A DNA stretch of 64,000 nucleotides from Candidatus Krumholzibacteriota bacterium (GCA_963806035.1 CAWDWO010000009.1:8801-72800); one strand, 5' to 3'; positions 1 through 10,022 are shown, counted from the stretch's first letter. The notes: a model not told the origin generated them from the sequence alone. A program made the numbers and translations.

Positions 1-174
1 GGCGGGCTGGATCGCTCTGGGGCCCTGCGATGCCCCGCTGAAGCTCTCGCACCCCGGCCTACTCCAGCGAATCTTCTCTTCCGGGCACTGAAGGTCCCGC
101 CGAGCTTTCGTGCACCTTCGGATTTGCTGACGAAGCCGACCCGCAAAGCGCTGGCCGCAGCGGAATGCGCCGCC

Positions 175-2430
175 TCAGCAGTTGCTGCCGATCCAGTAGT
201 CGGCGGCGACCGAGAGCGCGCGGCTGGCCCGGTCGATCTTGCGGTAGACCGGCAGCCCCGCTCGCTCCAAAAGAAGCACACTGGGATCGTAGAGCCGGCC
301 CGAGTCGATCACGACGACCATCGGTTTGTCGGTCTCCTTGCTCACGCGGATGAATTCGCTGGGCAGGGAGTTCATGGAGAAAATGTTCTCGCTGTGCTGG
401 CCGCTGAGGTCGGGAGCCAGAATGTCCAGACCCGGGGTGGCGGGAATGGCCGAGACCACCAGCGCGTCCACCTCTTCGGCGTGCGCGAGAATTTCCACTG
501 CCTTGATGAAGGGCTTCGTTCCCGCCATGGGCGTGGCGTCCACCGGATTGCCGACGTGTGCGATCTCGGGCAACACTTCGCGCAGTTGATCACGCGTCTG
601 CTGCGAGAATTCGGTCAGTTTCAAGCCATAGAGATGATCGCTCACCGCTCCGGCTTCAAAGCCCGCGTTGGTGATGACTCCCAGGCGCCGGTTGTTGGCG
701 CGCTTGCGCCCTAGCATGGTGAGAATCTTGGTGTAGTCCTCGAACTGGTTGAGAGTCTCGCAGACGATGGCGCCGGCTTCCTTGAGCATCACGCGCGCGA
801 TCTCATAATCGCCCGCGATGCTCGCAGTATGGCTTGCCGCGGCCTTGGCCCCTCCCGCTGTCTTTCCCGCCTTGTACACGACGACCGCCTTGCCCTGGGC
901 GGTCGCGGCTCTCACCAGGCCCAAGAAGCGCTCGCCTTCCAGTGGCTGGAAGCCCTCGATGTAGAAACAGAACACCTGCGTGTCGCTCTCGTGCTCGAGG
1001 TAGTACTGCAGAAAATCGCTCGCGGTGAGATCCATTTCGTTCCCGTAAGAAATGGAAACGCGAGGAAAGATGATCCCGTCCAGATTGGAAGTGAAGCTGA
1101 CCAGGTACGCGCCGGACTGACTCACCGCGACCAGGTTGGTGCCCGGAGCCTTGTGGAAGGGCAGCTTGTAGTGCGGCAAGAAGAAGGTGTTGTACTCGCG
1201 CTTGGACACGATGCCCAGGCAGTTGCCCCCGACCATGACGGGACCTCCGTCGGGACGGCTGCGCGAAGAGGCCAGACTCTCCTCGATGCGACGCGCGAGG
1301 TCGCCCTGTCCGGTTTCGGCGAATCCGCCGGGAATGAGAATGATGCTGCGCGTCTTTTCGGTGGCAACCAGCTCCTCGATCGCGTCGGGGGCGATGGGGG
1401 CGGGAATCGACACCACCGCCAGATCGACCGGCTCGGGCAGCGAGGCCGCGTCGGGTACGCAGGGAACTCCATCGATGCGCTCGACCTTGGGATGGATCGC
1501 CCAGAGCTTTCCGTAAGTGATGCCCTCGCTGCGCTTCAAATTGTCCAGAATGATGCGCCCCGCGTTCATGTGCTTGGACGAAGCGCCGTAGACCACCGCG
1601 CTGCGCGGATGGAGCAAGTTTTCGATGTTGGCGATGGGGCGCGGCAAGCGTCCGGCAGAGGGCGTCGCTTCGATCGAGGCCAGGGCGTCCAGGGCCAGAA
1701 GCCTGCCGTCGCGCGCCACCACCGGGTTCAACTCCAACTCGGCGAGACGCGGCTGTCCCACTTCGGTCTTTTCCTGAAAGATGCGCGCCAGGCGTTGAAG
1801 TGCCTCGCCGAGAATGTCGGCGTCCAGCGGAGCTTTCTTGTGCAGACGACTCGGAGCGAGCGCGATCGCTCCCAGGGCCGAGTCCTTCAGACACTCCATC
1901 TCCACATCTTTGTCGAAGCCGTCCACGCTCATGATCATGTGCGCGCGACCCTGCGCGAGCTTGCCGTACCATTCGCTCAAAAGTCCGCCCAGCCCGAACA
2001 TGAGGTAGGGCCCCATGGCGGGATCGCGGCGCGCGCTCAAAATGAACTCGCTGCCCGGAAGATCGACCGGCAGCACCACCCGCTCCACCACCAGGATTCC
2101 GCTGAGCTGCGCCCCCTTGGCCTTGCTTGCGACTTCCTCGTACATCGCGTCCAGCGCGGCGCTGACCGTCGCCATCTCGCAGGCCACCATGCGAACGCCT
2201 CCGACGTCGCTCTTGTGGAGGATCTGCGGCGACACGATCTTCAGCACGACCTCCTCGCACTGCAGAGTTTGCAACTGCGCTTCGCTCGGCTTCTCCCCCT
2301 TCCTGAGAAAGAAGTGCCGCGGGGTCTCGATGCCGATCTTCTCGAGAAAGGCGTAGGCCTCTCCTTCGAACAGTCGATCGCGTCCCTGCTGCTGAACACT
2401 CTGTAAAGTCTCCTGAAGAGAAGCGGACAT
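175..2430 (-). CDS. ADP-forming acetyl-CoA synthetase / NDP-forming acyl-CoA synthetase, fused alpha+beta
   Basis: 751-aa ORF with an ATP-grasp-like segment, a CoA-binding segment and a ligase-CoA segment. Family recognised from the translated sequence. Confidence 0.75.
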   Translation of the reverse strand: MSASLQETLQSVQQQGRDRLFEGEAYAFLEKIGIETPRHFFLRKGEKPSEAQLQTLQCEEVVLKIVSPQILHKSDVGGVRMVACEMATVSAALDAMYEEVASKAKGAQLSGILVVERVVLPVDLPGSEFILSARRDPAMGPYLMFGLGGLLSEWYGKLAQGRAHMIMSVDGFDKDVEMECLKDSALGAIALAPSRLHKKAPLDADILGEALQRLARIFQEKTEVGQPRLAELELNPVVARDGRLLALDALASIEATPSAGRLPRPIANIENLLHPRSAVVYGASSKHMNAGRIILDNLKRSEGITYGKLWAIHPKVERIDGVPCVPDAASLPEPVDLAVVSIPAPIAPDAIEELVATEKTRSIILIPGGFAETGQGDLARRIEESLASSRSRPDGGPVMVGGNCLGIVSKREYNTFFLPHYKLPFHKAPGTNLVAVSQSGAYLVSFTSNLDGIIFPRVSISYGNEMDLTASDFLQYYLEHESDTQVFCFYIEGFQPLEGERFLGLVRAATAQGKAVVVYKAGKTAGGAKAAASHTASIAGDYEIARVMLKEAGAIVCETLNQFEDYTKILTMLGRKRANNRRLGVITNAGFEAGAVSDHLYGLKLTEFSQQTRDQLREVLPEIAHVGNPVDATPMAGTKPFIKAVEILAHAEEVDALVVSAIPATPGLDILAPDLSGQHSENIFSMNSLPSEFIRVSKETDKPMVVVIDSGRLYDPSVLLLERAGLPVYRKIDRASRALSVAADYWIGSNC

Positions 2431-2547
2431 GGGAAAGCTCCCAGATCATGAGCTAAGGGTTTGCGCGTGCTTCTGCACGTACGTCTAGGTCTGCGTCTAG
2501 CTAGAATCTCGGGCCGAAAGGAGCTGCTTCCAAGCGCTTTTTTGGCG

Positions 2548-2616
2548 AAGTCGAATGCGAGTTCTTGGGGAAGGCGAATGCAGGTTCCAGGCGAAGACGA
2601 ATGCGGGTACCAGGCG
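2548..2616. repeat. three tandem imperfect 23-nt direct repeats (core CGAATGC) upstream of the acetyl-CoA synthetase gene
   Basis: aagTcgaatgcgagttcttgggg / aagGcgaatgcaggttccaggcg / aagAcgaatgcgggtaccaggcg read directly in sequence, 120-190 nt upstream of the start at 2430 on the minus strand. Confidence 0.6.
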
Positions 2617-2647
2617 CGCGCACGAGGGCGCGCTCTCGGGCGAAGCA

Positions 2648-2678
2648 AAGGCCCGGCAGAGAACTGCCGGGCCTTTTG
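2648..2678. terminator. rho-independent-type hairpin (GGCCCGGCAG-agaa-CTGCCGGGCC) followed by TTTT
   Basis: Perfect 10-bp GC-rich stem with a 4-nt loop and a T-run on the plus strand. On the minus strand it is followed by TTTG. It lies downstream of the minus-strand T9SS-domain gene. Confidence 0.5.
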
Positions 2679-2723
2679 AGTCGCTAAGAGAGTCGCCGTG
2701 CGCGGGAAAAGACCCGTGGCCGG

Positions 2724-4670
2724 CTACTTCAGCAGAGTGACTTTCTGCACCACACTCGATTCGGTCTCGAAGCGCAGGCGTACATAGTACACACCGCTTC
2801 CGACGGGCGCGCCCGAAGCATCCCGACCGTTCCACGTGCGGGTCTGGTCTCCAGCGTCGAGAACGCCGTTGACGAGGGTCGTGACCCTTTCACCCTTGAC
2901 GTTGAAGATGGCAAGTTCGGCCATGCCCTTGCGCGGCAGCTTGAACTCGATCTTGGTCATCGGGTTGAAGGGATTGGGATAGATGCTCGTCAGCGAAGCA
3001 CGACGCGCCACGGGCGTTCCCGTCTCGACACCGGTTGCGAAGAGTTGCAAGTCGTTGTCGTCGCGCGGCGCGATGGCGTTGCCGCCAAAGCGCACGTCGA
3101 GCAGGCCGGTCGCGATCTGCGTGTCGTTCGGCAGGGGCGCGAGCGAAACGGCAACCATCGGGTTGGCCCTGAGCAGACTGTCGCTGACCGTGTCCTGCAG
3201 GTAGTAGTTGTCAGTGGCCGCGATGGTGTCCACCACGGTGGACATGAAGGTGCGGACGATCACGTTCTCCAAAGCCTCGGTGGTGTCCAGATCGGTGCTG
3301 GTGAACGCGAGAACCGGAGGCAGCGGATTACTGAAGTTCAAGACCTGGACCGCGTCAGCCCGCTGGGGGTTGATCTCGGTATTGGTGTCGAACTCGCTGA
3401 TGGTTCCCGAGATCCGTACCCGGTCGCCGCGGAAGAGCACGTTGCCGCCCGAACTCTCGTAGACAAAGAGGCCGCTCCAGGGACCACCTTCGGGATCCTC
3501 GATGATCCACTGGCTGCCCGGAGAGTTCAGCTCGCCCGGCGCCACCGTCACGATGCCCTCCACGTTGACCAGCTGGCCCGCGTAGGTGCTGCCGTTGCTA
3601 CCGTCCACGCTGGACTGGATGTCCATGATGGTGGTGGTGCCCACTGCAACCTGCAGACTCGAAGCCGGCGCGTCGCCCGGCACGGTGGTGGTCTGCGCGC
3701 TGTTGTCCGTCGCCACGATGTAGTACTCCATGGACGACATCGTGGTGCCGGGAATGGTGGCCTCGTAGGTGTCACCCAGAGTGTTGGTCATCGCCACCGA
3801 AGTGAAGCTCCCGCTGCCGCCGTAGGCGTAGTAGAGAGTCGCCGCGGCGATGCTTCCGTTGTCGGTGATGGTCGCCGAAACGGTGACCGCCTCGTTGGCA
3901 TGCGGCGCCCAGGGGGCGGGCGTGATGTCGTTGACGACCGGGAAGGGATCGCCCGGGTTCTTCACCAGGTCGGTCTGGTAACGAGGCTTGAGCTCGATGA
4001 GACCGTTGTACGGCGAGAGAATCCCGGTGATCTGGAAGTGATCGCCGTTGCCCATGGAAGTGGCGTCGATTCCGGTGGTGCCGTCGATGAAGACGATGAG
4101 GGTGTCGCCGGAAACGTCGGTCAGACCCACCGTCCCCTGCTGGAAGGATCCTCCACCCCAGGGCGGGGCGGCCACGCCGGGCAGATACGCGATGTCACCG
4201 GTGACCGAGGCCAGCCAGCCGATCACTTCGTAGTCGGCCGCGGTCGGCGTGCCGCTGCCGTCGTTGTCCACCGCTTCGGACACGGTGTAGACCTGCGGCG
4301 CGGGAACGGTGGCCACGTCGAGGAAGGTCAGGGTGAGACCCGAACCGGTACCGAGATCGATCTCGCTGCCGTTGAAGGAGCCCACGTCGCCGGTGACCTC
4401 GACGGAGTCGCCGAGAGCGAATCCGGAGGTAGAGCTAAAGAAGGTGATCCCGCCGGTGGGATCCTGCACGTAAGTGCCACCGCTGTTGAGAACCCCTGGC
4501 GGCATGGTGATGACGCCACGGACGGTGACGATGTTTCCGACGAGAGGTGAGGCCGGCGCGCCGGTGGCGTCGTAGGCCTGGATGTCGTCGATGTTCGTGA
4601 TTTGGGCGAATGCGGTGCTGGTGAGGCAGAGGAGCGCGCAAAGCGCGACTGCCAGCGTCGTTCGCAACAT
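2724..4670 (-). CDS. secreted beta-sandwich-repeat protein with C-terminal T9SS (Por) sorting domain
   Basis: The internal Met at 4670 is preceded by AGGAGG 9 nt upstream and begins the signal peptide MLRTTLAVALCALLCLTSTAFAQ. The C-terminal ~80 aa (YPNPFNP...GVYYVRL...LLK) match the T9SS type A sorting domain. The track ORF extends to 4865 but that N-terminus looks like non-coding extension. Confidence 0.7.
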   Translation of the reverse strand: MLRTTLAVALCALLCLTSTAFAQITNIDDIQAYDATGAPASPLVGNIVTVRGVITMPPGVLNSGGTYVQDPTGGITFFSSTSGFALGDSVEVTGDVGSFNGSEIDLGTGSGLTLTFLDVATVPAPQVYTVSEAVDNDGSGTPTAADYEVIGWLASVTGDIAYLPGVAAPPWGGGSFQQGTVGLTDVSGDTLIVFIDGTTGIDATSMGNGDHFQITGILSPYNGLIELKPRYQTDLVKNPGDPFPVVNDITPAPWAPHANEAVTVSATITDNGSIAAATLYYAYGGSGSFTSVAMTNTLGDTYEATIPGTTMSSMEYYIVATDNSAQTTTVPGDAPASSLQVAVGTTTIMDIQSSVDGSNGSTYAGQLVNVEGIVTVAPGELNSPGSQWIIEDPEGGPWSGLFVYESSGGNVLFRGDRVRISGTISEFDTNTEINPQRADAVQVLNFSNPLPPVLAFTSTDLDTTEALENVIVRTFMSTVVDTIAATDNYYLQDTVSDSLLRANPMVAVSLAPLPNDTQIATGLLDVRFGGNAIAPRDDNDLQLFATGVETGTPVARRASLTSIYPNPFNPMTKIEFKLPRKGMAELAIFNVKGERVTTLVNGVLDAGDQTRTWNGRDASGAPVGSGVYYVRLRFETESSVVQKVTLLK

Positions 4671-5133
4671 TCTCGTGATGCCTCCTGCGATGAATCGGAT
4701 GAGCTGAATCGAGAGAGTGAAGCTCTGGCTGCAAACCCGCGATCTTCGTTGTGAAAGTGGACGCCAACACGCGGTTGAAAGTGAATCTCTAGCCGCCGCG
4801 AACCCTTTGTGCGTCCCTCTAGGGAAATCGGGGGCAGTATAGCACAAGAATTTGCCGCCACTCAAACCCGCTTCGGGCGGCAGGGCCTCAGAGCCGGCTC
4901 TTTTGAGGCACGCCGGAAGGCCGGAAATTGACGGGAGTTCCTAAGCACTGGCGGGACATGCTCTTTCGGCCCCTCGGCGGACTGGCTCAAAGGCGCCCCA
5001 CCCTCCCGGTTTTCACGGGAATTTCACGCGTTTTCCATCCGCTCTTTGCGCCTCGGGGGCACGCGCCCCGGTCCGGGCGCTCTGGGGGAAAACCACGCCC
5101 TCCCGGAGATCCGAGGGGGCGGTCCCGGCGCGC

Positions 5134-5553
5134 TCAGTCCCGCGAGGCCCCTTTCTCCATGGCGCGCGCCAGGCGCTCCGCGAGCAGCGGGGTCTCGCGC
5201 GCAAGCAGGGCGTGGAGTTCGGACTGGGGCAGAATCAGTACGCGGCCGTTGGTGAGCGCTTCCACATAACCCTCGCTCGCGGGGCCGTCGACGCGCGCGC
5301 GCTGTCCAAAGAGTTCCCCCTCCTCCAGGATACCTGCCACCACCTCGTGTCCGTCGGGACCGAAGGTGTTGATGCGGACGCGCCCTGCGCGCACGAGGTA
5401 AGCTTGCCCTCCTTCATCGTCGGGTCCGCACAGAATCTGCCCTCGGACGCAGTCCCAGGACTTGCCCGTCTGCAGAAGACGGCGCCACGCGCTCTCCTTG
5501 AGCTGGTGCACGAGCGGGCGGTGCTTCAGGAGCCAGATTCTGCTGCGACCCAT
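5134..5553 (-). CDS. stand-alone cyclic-nucleotide-binding (Crp-like cNMP) domain protein
   Basis: 139-aa ORF with the beta-roll pattern of cNMP-binding domains and no HTH. Confidence 0.5.
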   Translation of the reverse strand: MGRSRIWLLKHRPLVHQLKESAWRRLLQTGKSWDCVRGQILCGPDDEGGQAYLVRAGRVRINTFGPDGHEVVAGILEEGELFGQRARVDGPASEGYVEALTNGRVLILPQSELHALLARETPLLAERLARAMEKGASRD

Positions 5554-5651
5554 CGATTCCCTCTCGAGTTTGAGTTGGACAACCGTCCCCAGCGCGCCCC
5601 TGCGCGCGAAACCGCTCGCTTCAACGCGCCTTTCGGGCCCTTCGGCCTGAA

Positions 5652-5699
5652 CCTATCTTGAACCCGGTCTTGAATCCGGTCTTGAATCCGGCGGTGGGA
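5652..5699. repeat. tandem 12-nt repeats (ccggtcttgaat x2 perfect plus 2 degenerate copies) in a divergent promoter region
   Basis: cctatcttgaac-ccggtcttgaat-ccggtcttgaat-ccggcggtggga read in sequence. They lie about 100-145 nt upstream of both the cNMP-domain gene and the rhomboid gene. Confidence 0.6.
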
Positions 5700-5795
5700 A
5701 ACGAGGAGTGGTCTCCCGCCGGCCGACCCATCACCTTGCCATCATCCGCAAAGAGCCCAACTCGGGCAAGGTGAAGACTCGGCGGGAGCGATCGC

Positions 5796-6725
5796 ATGTT
5801 TCTTCCCCTCAAGGATCACAACCCGACCACCATCCGTCCCACGGTGACCATCGGGCTCATCGCGCTCAACTGTTTCGTCTTCCTCATCGAATTGGGGCAC
5901 GGGCCCAGTCTCCCGTACTTCATCGCCCACTGGGGCGCGGTTCCCTACGCTTTTACTCACTTTGGCGAGGTCGTGGCCGTGGGAAACAACTTCCCCGCGA
6001 CTGGGGGCCCCTCGCCCTTCTGGATCACCGGAATCACCAGCATGTTTTTGCACGGAGGATGGGCGCACCTTCTGTTCAACATGCTCTTTCTGTGGATCTT
6101 CGGAAACAACGTCGAGGATTTCTTGGGTCACTTCCGCTACCTGGTGTTCTACATCGTCACCGGACTTTTGGGACTTTGCACCCATGTCTTGCTTCATCCC
6201 TCCTCCACCATTCCCGTGGTGGGCGCCAGCGGCGCGATCAGCGGCGTGTTGGGCGCCTACATGGTTCTCTATCCGCGGGCGCGCGTGACCACCCTGGTCT
6301 TCCTGCTCTTCTTCGTGACCTTCATCGAAGTGCCTGCGGTCGTCCTCTTGGGCTTCTGGATCATCTTGCAGCTCTTCTCCGGTCTGGGAAGCCTGGGCCA
6401 CGGAGGGAGCGGAACGGCCCACTGGGCCCACATCGGCGGCTTCGCGGCCGGTTATCTCATTCTGCGCTTCTGGCTGGCCAAGGAGTTGGTGTCGGCGCGG
6501 CGACGCGTCGCGGCGGGAGCGGCGGGAGCGGCTGCAAGTGGCGGAACCTTCGCGGAAGGCTTCGCGGCGGCGCGCGCGCGCAGTAGCTCTTCGACCACGC
6601 CCGGCTTCTTCTCCACGGGTGACGACTATCCCCCGCCACCCCCCAAGGTGGGGCATCGCTTCGGCGGCGATCCCATCGGCAACTTTCTCGAGGAAATCGA
6701 GCGCAAGGACGAGGACGATTCCTGA
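5796..6725 (+). CDS. rhomboid family intramembrane serine protease
   Basis: Multi-TM protein with a GASGAISGV (GxSG) motif and a downstream catalytic His in TM6 (AHIGGFAAG). It has a Pro/Gly-rich C-terminal tail. Confidence 0.8.
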   Translation: MFLPLKDHNPTTIRPTVTIGLIALNCFVFLIELGHGPSLPYFIAHWGAVPYAFTHFGEVVAVGNNFPATGGPSPFWITGITSMFLHGGWAHLLFNMLFLWIFGNNVEDFLGHFRYLVFYIVTGLLGLCTHVLLHPSSTIPVVGASGAISGVLGAYMVLYPRARVTTLVFLLFFVTFIEVPAVVLLGFWIILQLFSGLGSLGHGGSGTAHWAHIGGFAAGYLILRFWLAKELVSARRRVAAGAAGAAASGGTFAEGFAAARARSSSSTTPGFFSTGDDYPPPPPKVGHRFGGDPIGNFLEEIERKDEDDS

Positions 6726-6733
6726 GCGGAGGA

Positions 6734-8164
6734 TCAACGCTTGCGCAGCAAGCGCAGCGCTTCCTGAAGCTCCTTCACGCTGTTCACGCGCAGCACCGTC
6801 AAGACCAAGAACCACCCCAGCGCGCTCAAAACCGCCCGCAGCCACAGCGCCTGCCCGCGCAGCAGTACCGTGATCAGGATCGCGGCGGCCAGGGCCGAGA
6901 GCGCGCCGCCGGCCGAGGACCAGAGCGGAACTCTGAATCCCGCGCGGCGAGCGTAGTAGAAGTAGAGGACCAGAGTCAGACCGTAACTGACGAAAGTGGC
7001 AAGAGCCGCGCCCTGGATGCCCATGCGCGGAATCAGGAGGGCATTGAGAATCACGTTTGCCACGATGCCGATGGCGCCGATGGGAAGCAGATCGCGTTCG
7101 CGATCGGCGGCGAAGAGGAGGCGCACCATCATGTGGCATCCGGCCTGCAGGGCGATCGCCCAGGCCAGAACGCGCAGGGCCCCCACCGCGGGCAAGAACT
7201 CGCTTCCGGCCATCACGCGCACGATGAACGGGGCGAAGATCCACACCGCGATGGCCAAGGCGGAGCAGAAGACCAGCGTGACCCGCGTGCTGCCGCCGAT
7301 CAATGCCACGGTCGGCGCCTCGCCCTTTTCACGCGCCAACCGAAGTTGCGGATAGACGGCGGTGGCGAGAATGCGCGGCGCGAGCACGACGACGTCGATC
7401 ACGCGCACCGCGACTCCGTAGTAGCCCCAGAAGCGCTCATCCACCATTCGACTCAGCATGAGAATGTCGATACGGTGAAAGAGTAGACTCAATACGGTGG
7501 CGCCCATCAGGGGTACCGCGGCGCGCAGGAGCCGCCGGACTTCGTCGTTTTCCACTTCGCGCAGCGAGAGCCGGCCGAAGTTTCGCCGCAGGAAACGCGT
7601 TCCCACCAGGGCGCGCACCAGGCAACCCAAGGTGATTCCCGTCACGAAGCCCAGGATACCCAGCCCGAAGAGCAGGGCAGCAGTGGCGAACACGAAGATG
7701 CTGGCCGAGGAGAGCAGCATCGTGCGCGTGATGTAGTCCATGCGTTGGGCGCCCTGGAACACGGCGTCGGCGATGTCGCTGATGTTCTCCAGGAAGACGA
7801 TGGTCCCCAAAATGAGGACCACGTGCAGCACTGCGCTGGGGTAGTGCAGCTTCCACACCGCGAAGATCAAGATCAGGTAGGCGATCGCGGACAGGAGAGT
7901 TTTGACCGCGGCCGCGGCCGAGGCGACACGCGTCGTGTCCCTGCGATCGTCGGCGACCTCGCGGGTGACCAGGTAGTCCAGTCCGCCGCCAGCCAGCACC
8001 CTGCCGACTTCGATGAAGGTATTCCCGGCCGTGTAGAGTCCGTAGCCCGCCGCGCCGAGGATGCGCGTGGCAAACATGGTCAAAAGGATGCTGAAGAACT
8101 TCGACGCGCCGTGGGCGAGACTCAAGAATACGGTGTTGCGCGCGATGCGCCCTCGGTCTGCCAT
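6734..8164 (-). CDS. polysaccharide biosynthesis flippase (Wzx/MOP superfamily)
   Basis: 476-aa polytopic membrane protein with typical MOP flippase-family topology and composition. Confidence 0.7.
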   Translation of the reverse strand: MADRGRIARNTVFLSLAHGASKFFSILLTMFATRILGAAGYGLYTAGNTFIEVGRVLAGGGLDYLVTREVADDRRDTTRVASAAAAVKTLLSAIAYLILIFAVWKLHYPSAVLHVVLILGTIVFLENISDIADAVFQGAQRMDYITRTMLLSSASIFVFATAALLFGLGILGFVTGITLGCLVRALVGTRFLRRNFGRLSLREVENDEVRRLLRAAVPLMGATVLSLLFHRIDILMLSRMVDERFWGYYGVAVRVIDVVVLAPRILATAVYPQLRLAREKGEAPTVALIGGSTRVTLVFCSALAIAVWIFAPFIVRVMAGSEFLPAVGALRVLAWAIALQAGCHMMVRLLFAADRERDLLPIGAIGIVANVILNALLIPRMGIQGAALATFVSYGLTLVLYFYYARRAGFRVPLWSSAGGALSALAAAILITVLLRGQALWLRAVLSALGWFLVLTVLRVNSVKELQEALRLLRKR

Positions 8165-8174
8165 CGTTCCCCGT

Positions 8175-10010
8175 TCAGAAGGCCTGTCCGACTCCGATGC
8201 TCACGACCGGCGCCGACCGATGCGTGGAATAAAGGATCGGCCAGGCGAAGTCTACACGGAGTGGCGCATTCAGCGAGGCTCGATCCATACCCAGGCGAAA
8301 TCCGAAACCCACGGCCCCGCGCATGTCTCCCAGCAACAGATCGTGCTCGTCCTCGAACCACGCGGTGCCAAAATCGGCGAAAGCCGCCATGCCGGGCGTC
8401 ACCAGACTGCCAAAGCCCGAGCGATATACCCAGCGCATTTCCAGGTTGGCTCGTAGTAGACGGTCCCCCGCGTATTCGCTGGGACGGGCCGAACGCAAGC
8501 CGTTGTCGATGCCCAGAGTATAAACCGAGTTGCGGTCGAGGTTGCTGCCGGTGGCTGCCAGCAGCGAGCCGGCGGCGCTGAAGGCATCGGAAAAGTACTG
8601 GTTTAGCCGCGCGCGGAACTGGGCCCGCATGTTGGGATCGCTGCCCGCGGCCAAGTGCCCCGTGGCGGAAGCGTCCAGCCGAACCACGGTGCCTCCGGAA
8701 ATGATGTTCCACCGCTCCTCTCCGGAAAACCACGAGCCGTCGAAGCTGCTGCCCATGCCGCGGCTGATCCAGCCCAAGGCCAAAGAGAGCTGGTGACCTT
8801 TGGCGATGTCCTCGCGCTGGCCCATGCGATCCAGGTAGCGACGGGAAGCGTAGTTCAGGGGTGTGCGATCGAGAGTGACGATCGGTCCGTAGACGTCGCG
8901 GTTCTCGGCGAACTTGCCGCCGAGATCGATGCTGCCCACCGCATTTCCGGCCGGATCGTAGATGGGCGCCGCGGGCAAGGGGCTGAAGCGCTGGGTCTCG
9001 ACCCTGAATCCGACACCGAGGCGCAGCACGCCCTCGCCCCACCTGCCGCTGCGGCGCTGCAGCTCGAGCCGCGCTTGGGAGAAGTCGCCGTGCGGTCGCA
9101 CATATTTATCGCCGGTCAAGTAGTAGCGGGGCGAGGTTCCGGCATGCAGATATTGGGCGCGCCACGCCCACTGCGATTCGAGCTGAAAAAACGGCCGGTC
9201 CAGATGCCAGGCGAAAGAGCCCCCGTCGGAGGCGTCGCTGTAATCCGCCCCGCCGTCCCACTTGCCGTCGAGGAAATGACGGTCGCGGTAGCCCAGTTCC
9301 CAGCTGGTACGATCGAGGTCCTCGTTGCGCGCCAAGGAAGCCTGCCGCCCCGTGCCGAGCAGGTTGGACTCCATCGCGCGGAAGGAGAGTAGCGTCGTGT
9401 TCTCGAACTTCTCGAAGCGGATGTCGAAGTTCGTGGTCCAGACCTCGCGCGTGTGGACGTAGAGATCGACGCTGTCAGGGGCAACGTGTTCGGTCTCCAG
9501 GCTCACTTCCACCAGGTAACCGGTCGCGCGCAGCTTGCGTTCGCTTTCGGCGAGAAGCTCGGGGTCGGCCCGGTCGCCCTCGTGAACCAGAAGTTCGCGT
9601 CGGATGGTCCGGCGGCGCGTGTCGATGTGAACGGCGTTGACCAGCCCCAAAGGCAGCCAGGGAACTTGGGCACAGTCACTTTCGGTGAAGATGGGCTCGC
9701 GTTCGTAGATCACCCGCCGGATGTAGGGGGCGGGCGCGTCGGACCACTCCGGATCGCTGGCCCTGTGGGCGGCATCCTGCCGCGCGGCGGGAACATTCGC
9801 GGCGGAGTCGAGCGCGCGATCGCCTGGATCGGCGGCCGCCGATCCGCGAGCGGCCTGGGCCGAGGCCGCGCCGAGGCTGAGGAGCAGAGCCGCGAGCAGG
9901 GCCAGGGCGCCCGTCCGCGGGCAAGCACCCTTCCGGAGCGCTCGTTCCAGCCGCGCCGTCCACCCTGGATTCGAGACTGACATTTCCGTCCAGATCGTAC
10001 GAGGTGTCAT
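8175..10010 (-). CDS. Omp85/BamA-like outer-membrane protein (POTRA + surface-antigen beta-barrel)
   Basis: Signal-like segment ALALLAALLLSLGAASAQA and a C-terminal beta-barrel ending in aromatic F (GVGQAF). The start may instead be the internal Met at 9983. Confidence 0.6.
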   Translation of the reverse strand: MTPRTIWTEMSVSNPGWTARLERALRKGACPRTGALALLAALLLSLGAASAQAARGSAAADPGDRALDSAANVPAARQDAAHRASDPEWSDAPAPYIRRVIYEREPIFTESDCAQVPWLPLGLVNAVHIDTRRRTIRRELLVHEGDRADPELLAESERKLRATGYLVEVSLETEHVAPDSVDLYVHTREVWTTNFDIRFEKFENTTLLSFRAMESNLLGTGRQASLARNEDLDRTSWELGYRDRHFLDGKWDGGADYSDASDGGSFAWHLDRPFFQLESQWAWRAQYLHAGTSPRYYLTGDKYVRPHGDFSQARLELQRRSGRWGEGVLRLGVGFRVETQRFSPLPAAPIYDPAGNAVGSIDLGGKFAENRDVYGPIVTLDRTPLNYASRRYLDRMGQREDIAKGHQLSLALGWISRGMGSSFDGSWFSGEERWNIISGGTVVRLDASATGHLAAGSDPNMRAQFRARLNQYFSDAFSAAGSLLAATGSNLDRNSVYTLGIDNGLRSARPSEYAGDRLLRANLEMRWVYRSGFGSLVTPGMAAFADFGTAWFEDEHDLLLGDMRGAVGFGFRLGMDRASLNAPLRVDFAWPILYSTHRSAPVVSIGVGQAF

Positions 10011-10022
10011 GTCATTATGACA
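10010..10022. promoter_or_regulatory. perfect inverted repeat TGTCAT-t-ATGACA about 100 bp upstream of a sigma54-like element
   Basis: Palindrome read in sequence between the divergent bamA-like and hsp20 genes. Its spacing from the TGGCAC element resembles an enhancer-binding-protein UAS. Confidence 0.3.

Noticed and set aside
803-2449. 548-aa minus-strand and 525-aa plus-strand ORFs overlapping the acetyl-CoA synthetase gene
   Set aside because: Both are alternative-frame or antisense shadows of the 751-aa gene. Their translations are Arg/Gly-rich with no domain.
3045-4550. 501-aa plus-strand ORF
   Set aside because: Antisense to the T9SS-domain protein gene. Low-complexity translation.
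4671-5133. 460-nt intergenic region upstream of the T9SS-domain gene, containing the palindrome AGAGCC/GGCTCT within gcctca...tgaggc
   Set aside because: It could be a terminator for the cNMP-domain gene or a promoter element. No convincing ncRNA signature could be assigned by eye.
5742-7244. 500-aa minus-strand ORF
   Set aside because: Overlaps antisense to the rhomboid gene and in an alternative frame of the flippase gene. Arg/Gly-rich with no domain.
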